NCBI GenBank assembly: GCA_051530055.1 | Contig: CM121341.1 | Span: forward strand, 5,868,784 to 5,932,783 | Direction of reading: 5' to 3' | DNA: 64,000 nt | Origin: Neoechinorhynchus agilis | Lineage: Eukaryota; Animalia; Acanthocephala | In this document: one piece after another, positions 59,769-64,000 of the stretch | How the letters are laid out: the number at the start of each line of letters is the position of its first letter | How positions within the stretch are numbered: position 1 is the stretch's first letter | Made by a program: the position numbers and the translations under genes | The notes under the pieces: generated by a model | What the model saw: only the letters and a program-made list of their open reading frames with translations | Database searches by the model: none | Told to the model about the DNA's origin: nothing

Positions 59769-62632
59769 ATGCCACCACGACGCACTCGGCCTTTAAGGAC
59801 ACGTCCTGAAAATCTGAATACTATCCTCTCAGAACAAAATGTTGACTCAAGCGCCAGCTACTACGAATCGGCATCAGATGCGGTGTTTCCACCGTCCTAC
59901 AATAATAACATGACTACTCCATGTAAGTTGATTTTGCTCAAATTGATTTCATTAAGATTGTTTAGCTCTCGGAATCGGTACCGAAAATGAGATCCGAAAC
60001 ATCATTGATGATATTGGTAATACGCTCACGTTCAGTCCACAAGGGAAACAGAACGTCCGTAAAACCGACTACGACAAGGTTAGTTGTATGCCCGATTTCA
60101 TGGGGGGGAGGGAGGGTGACCGAATCTAATTTCAATAGCCGGAAACTGTGCGTCGATTGAGTCCTTGGCCACCAAGTACCCTTCTAAGCAATGTCATCGC
60201 TTTCTTTTGAAAGTAGTTCCGGCAGAGGGAGTCCGGACGATCCCAATGAGGTTTGTCGTTTTTTGGTAGAAAAAAGAAGGTTTAAAGCCATTTTAAGTGG
60301 AGAGAAAAGGGAGCGTCTCATAATCTTTATTTCTAGGACGTGGCCGAGGCTGAAATAGTCGTCTGGGGAACAAATCTAAATGTCGTCGAGACCGAGCTGT
60401 CGTTTGTTCGGTTCATTGAGGAATTCACTTTGAGTGAAAACACGACTAATGACACTGAATCCTTGCAGCCGATCGACGAACCACACTACATAAAAATCCT
60501 TGAAGAGGTAAAATCTTATTTAGTCACGCATTTGCTCACATGCACAGCAGATGATGATCATTGATTGTCGAGTATTGGAAGTTGATTGCGCTCATATTGG
60601 CAAATACGACGAAACTCTTCTCAATAATCTCGTTTCTTATCCCCAAGATGTTATTCCTTCATTCGATATAGCCGTAGCCAAGGTTGCTCTAAGTCGGTTT
60701 TCAGAGCACTTACCACCAAGTCAGAGATCGGTTACATTTCACGTTCGACCCTTTAATTCGCCCAATCGGAAAGCTATGCGAATGCTCGATCCATCGGACA
60801 TTGATCAATTGGTCACGATTGCAGGAATGGTAACCCGGCTATCTCCAATCTTGCCTGAAATGCATCGGGCTTTCTTCGAATGCGCAATCTGTAAAAGCAC
60901 AACGACCGTTGACCTGGACCGCGGAGTCATTGCCGAACCCAACATTTGTAGTCACTGCAACACTTCGTACGCGTACACTTTGGTTCATAACCGATCGACG
61001 TTCTCGGATAATCAGATTGTAAAGATACAAGAATCACCGGATGATATGCCAGCGGGTGAAACGCCACAAACCATTTTAATTTGCATCCACAACGACCTAG
61101 TCGATACAACTCAACCCGGTGATCGGACCGAAGTAACGGGTATTTTTAGAGCTGTCTCAAGACGTGTGAACTCTCGTCTCAGAAACGTTAAGGCTGTCTA
61201 TAGCACCTATATTGATGCCCTTCATTTCAAGTTCCTAAATGCGAACTCTGATCGATTAGATATGCAAAGAATTCCTAATCCAAGTGAAGAACCAATAAAA
61301 ACTAACATATCGAGACGCCTAATCGATAAAATTATTGATCTATCAAAAAGACCGGATATATACGACCTTCTATCAAATTCCGTGGCGCCAAACATTTTCG
61401 AGAACGATGATGTTAAAAAGGGAGTTTTGTTGCAGTTGTTTGCGGGAACTCGTAAATCAATGAAACAGCTTGGAAGATCTCATTTTAGAAGTGAAATCAA
61501 TATCCTCCTTTGTGGAGATCCTGGCACTTCCAAGTCTCAACTTATGCAGTATGTGTATAAACTAGTACCGAGAAGTCAATATACTTCAGGAAAAGGCAGT
61601 AGTGCAGTTGGATTGACTGCTTATATCACTAAGGATGTTGAAACTGGCCAGCATGTTCTACAAACGGGAGCACTTGTACTCGCGGACAATGGCGTTTGTT
61701 GTATCGATGAATTCGATAAAATGTCCGATGCCGCCAGAGCCATTCTACATGAAGTTATGGAGCAGCAGACATTATCTTTGGCTAAGGCCGGCATCATTTG
61801 TCAATTGAACGCTCGTACAAGTATATTGGCCGCTGCAAATCCGGTTGAGAGCGAATGGAATAGGCGAAAGACTATTATCGAGAATATTCAGATGCCACAT
61901 ACACTCCTTTCGAGATTTGATCTAATATTTCTCATGTTGGATCCACAAAACGAACCATACGATCGACGATTGGCTTCACATCTCATCTCATTGTACTTAA
62001 GTGACAAAGACCGAGCTGAACTTGAGCTCCCGTGTAATAGAGAATACATCGATTCTGATCTCCTGAGGGAGTATATCACTTATGCTAGAGAAAACGTTCA
62101 TCCCAGACTAACTGAAGATGCATCGAACGCTCTGATAAGGGCGTATGTGGAAATGCGACAAACCGGATCAAATACAAAAGGTCAAGTTGGTGCATACCCT
62201 CGTCAACTGGAATCTTTAATCCGATTATCGGAGGCTCATGCCAAAATTCGTTTGTCCGAAACTGTGGAAGTAACAGACGTGGCCGAAGCCAGGCGACTTC
62301 ATCGTGAAGCTCTTAAACAGTCATCAGTGGACCCACGAACGGGAGAAATAGATCTAAATATTTTGGCGACTGGAGCAAGTGCCACGGATAGAAGACGAAG
62401 GGCAGACCTTGCACTGGCCATCAAAAATCACCTCGTTGCAAGTCCAGGTACCGCTTTACTCGAAACAGTTCATGGAATCAGGGTAATTCGAAAAGACAAT
62501 CTATATCAAGATATTAGAACAAAGATCGAACAGCCTGTGGGAAGAGAGGATTTCGAAGAGGCAATGATTGAACTGGAGAGATCGGGAATCGTAATTATTA
62601 CCGGTCAGTTGGTACGAATATTGTCCTCGTAA
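59769..62632 (+). CDS. MCM4: DNA replication licensing factor MCM4, multi-exon with a 2.08-kb terminal exon
   Basis: VVWGTN, YPQDVIP, C4 zinc finger, GDPGTSKSQ, SGKGSSAVGLTAY, IDEFDKM, LLSRFDLIF, AYPRQLESLIRLSEAHAK. Confidence 0.97.
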
Positions 62633-62980
62633 GCTTTTAAAGTGAGCGCATACAATCAGTTAAGAGAATAAAAATTCTGGTAACTTATGCCCTCGTTTTG
62701 GTCTTCGTGTCACTTTAAACAATTTGGTGGGTAATACCAAGACATTCGCGATACTTGGACTATTTCATTAGAAGTCATCATAGCAAAGGCAATTAAGAAA
62801 CAACTTTGACCGCAGTAGCCAATGTCATCTACTTCGTTAGATGTGCAACTTTTCATGATGTCTACATTCAGATTTGAATTTGAAACGGAGTGATCTTTAG
62901 TTTTCTAGTTAATACTGAACCAAGTTTCATCGGCCCATTGTAGGGATTACTCGAATTAAATGTTTATTTCTCAATCGCTT

Positions 62981-64000
62981 TTAACCTCCACTATTTTTTC
63001 TTAGTGCAAGATCTGCAGCTACTACCAACGACACGTCGTTCATTTCATTTTCCACTAAGCACGAATTATCAGGCTCATCGTTTTGGCAAAATAAATATTC
63101 ATCGATGAGTTTTTGAATCATTGTGCCACTTTTGTTTTCAGGCGTCGGCTCTAAGTCACTCAAAATGAGTGGACTAGATACATAGAAGCCAACACTGGTC
63201 AAGATCTGGAGTTTTCTGTGAACAAGTGGCCACATCAGATCGTCAACGGTTCCCTTGGCTAGAAGATATTTTACTTTAACTGTGTTTTGCTGACCAATAC
63301 GATGAGCTCGATCCTCGGCTTGAATAAGTAAACCGGGATTCCAAAAGAGCTCTGCAAATATTACAATGGAAGCTCTTGTCAAATTAATTCCTGTTCCAGC
63401 AGCCAGTAACGAGAGGACTGCCAATCGAATTCGTCCGTCAGATTGGAAACTCATTGCTAATTGATGCCTATTTTCGGGCAAGGTAGTTCCATCGATCCGA
63501 ACATAAACGATGGACTTTTTGAGAAGAGTATTTAGAAATTGTGTGTGAACTTAAAGCAACTTACGTTTGCATCGAGAGCTCGACATATTTCATCGAGCAT
63601 AGAATGATGGTGGGCAAATATGATTATATATTCTTTTGATTCGTTTATCAGATTAATAATAAAATCACTTGTCAGAAAAAAAGAAGAGTTGTGATATCAT
63701 TTGGCTCGCTAAATGTACTTACCAGACCGCTGGCGCCTTAGCTTTACTGGACTGCTGAAAAAACCGAAGAAGGTTTTCGCGATCATTCCCAGTACGATGA
63801 TTTTGATCGAAGAACGATATTGGACAGCATTGTCGTATTTTGCGTTTGTCCAAATACGCAATTTCCCTTAACTTTGACGGTATCTCGTTCAAAATATCGG
63901 ATTTTTGTCGCCTGAGCATTATGCCACATTCAAGAATTATTTGCAGTTCCTTCATGTTAGAGCATCCACTGTAATCCCACCCGAATTTGCCCTGAGAATA
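62981..64000 (-). CDS. SMARCAL1: SMARCAL1/HARP annealing helicase, 3' part (runs off window)
   Basis: IMLRRQKSDIL, IRIDGTT, LSLLAAGTGINLT, FAELFWNPGLLIQAEDRAHRIGQ, YLLAKGTVDDLMW. Confidence 0.9.

Overview
Gene-dense, AT-rich nuclear DNA from a compact-genome animal. I cannot assign the taxon from sequence alone. Introns are short (about 40-55 nt) and many housekeeping genes have few or none. Recognisable genes: calexcitin/SCP-like EF-hand protein, HELQ, an RPB12-like zinc ribbon, an LRR transmembrane protein, ALKBH8, TEX261 (two copies), OXR1/NCOA7-type LysM-TLDc, PDHB, SUGT1, MRPS11, a GLUT transporter, a CDC50/TMEM30 remnant, LAS1L, AMPK-gamma, an SLC46-like MFS transporter, PARG, a TSPO-like gene, MCM4 and the 3' part of SMARCAL1. 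Repeats include a 3.4-kb inverted duplication around the OXR1 gene and four tandem amplifications of ordinary genic or promoter DNA with 160-234 bp units (one is 8 copies of the 5' end of CDC50). There is also a 16-bp palindrome-containing minisatellite, several near-perfect hairpins, a hairpin/MITE family, and decayed CRE-clade and Penelope retroelements. The most striking cross-window pattern is a splice-acceptor (pyrimidine tract + AG) at or just before the ATG of most genes, which suggests pervasive spliced-leader trans-splicing. Three otherwise intact genes carry single in-frame stops. All calls are by eye; no database searches were run.
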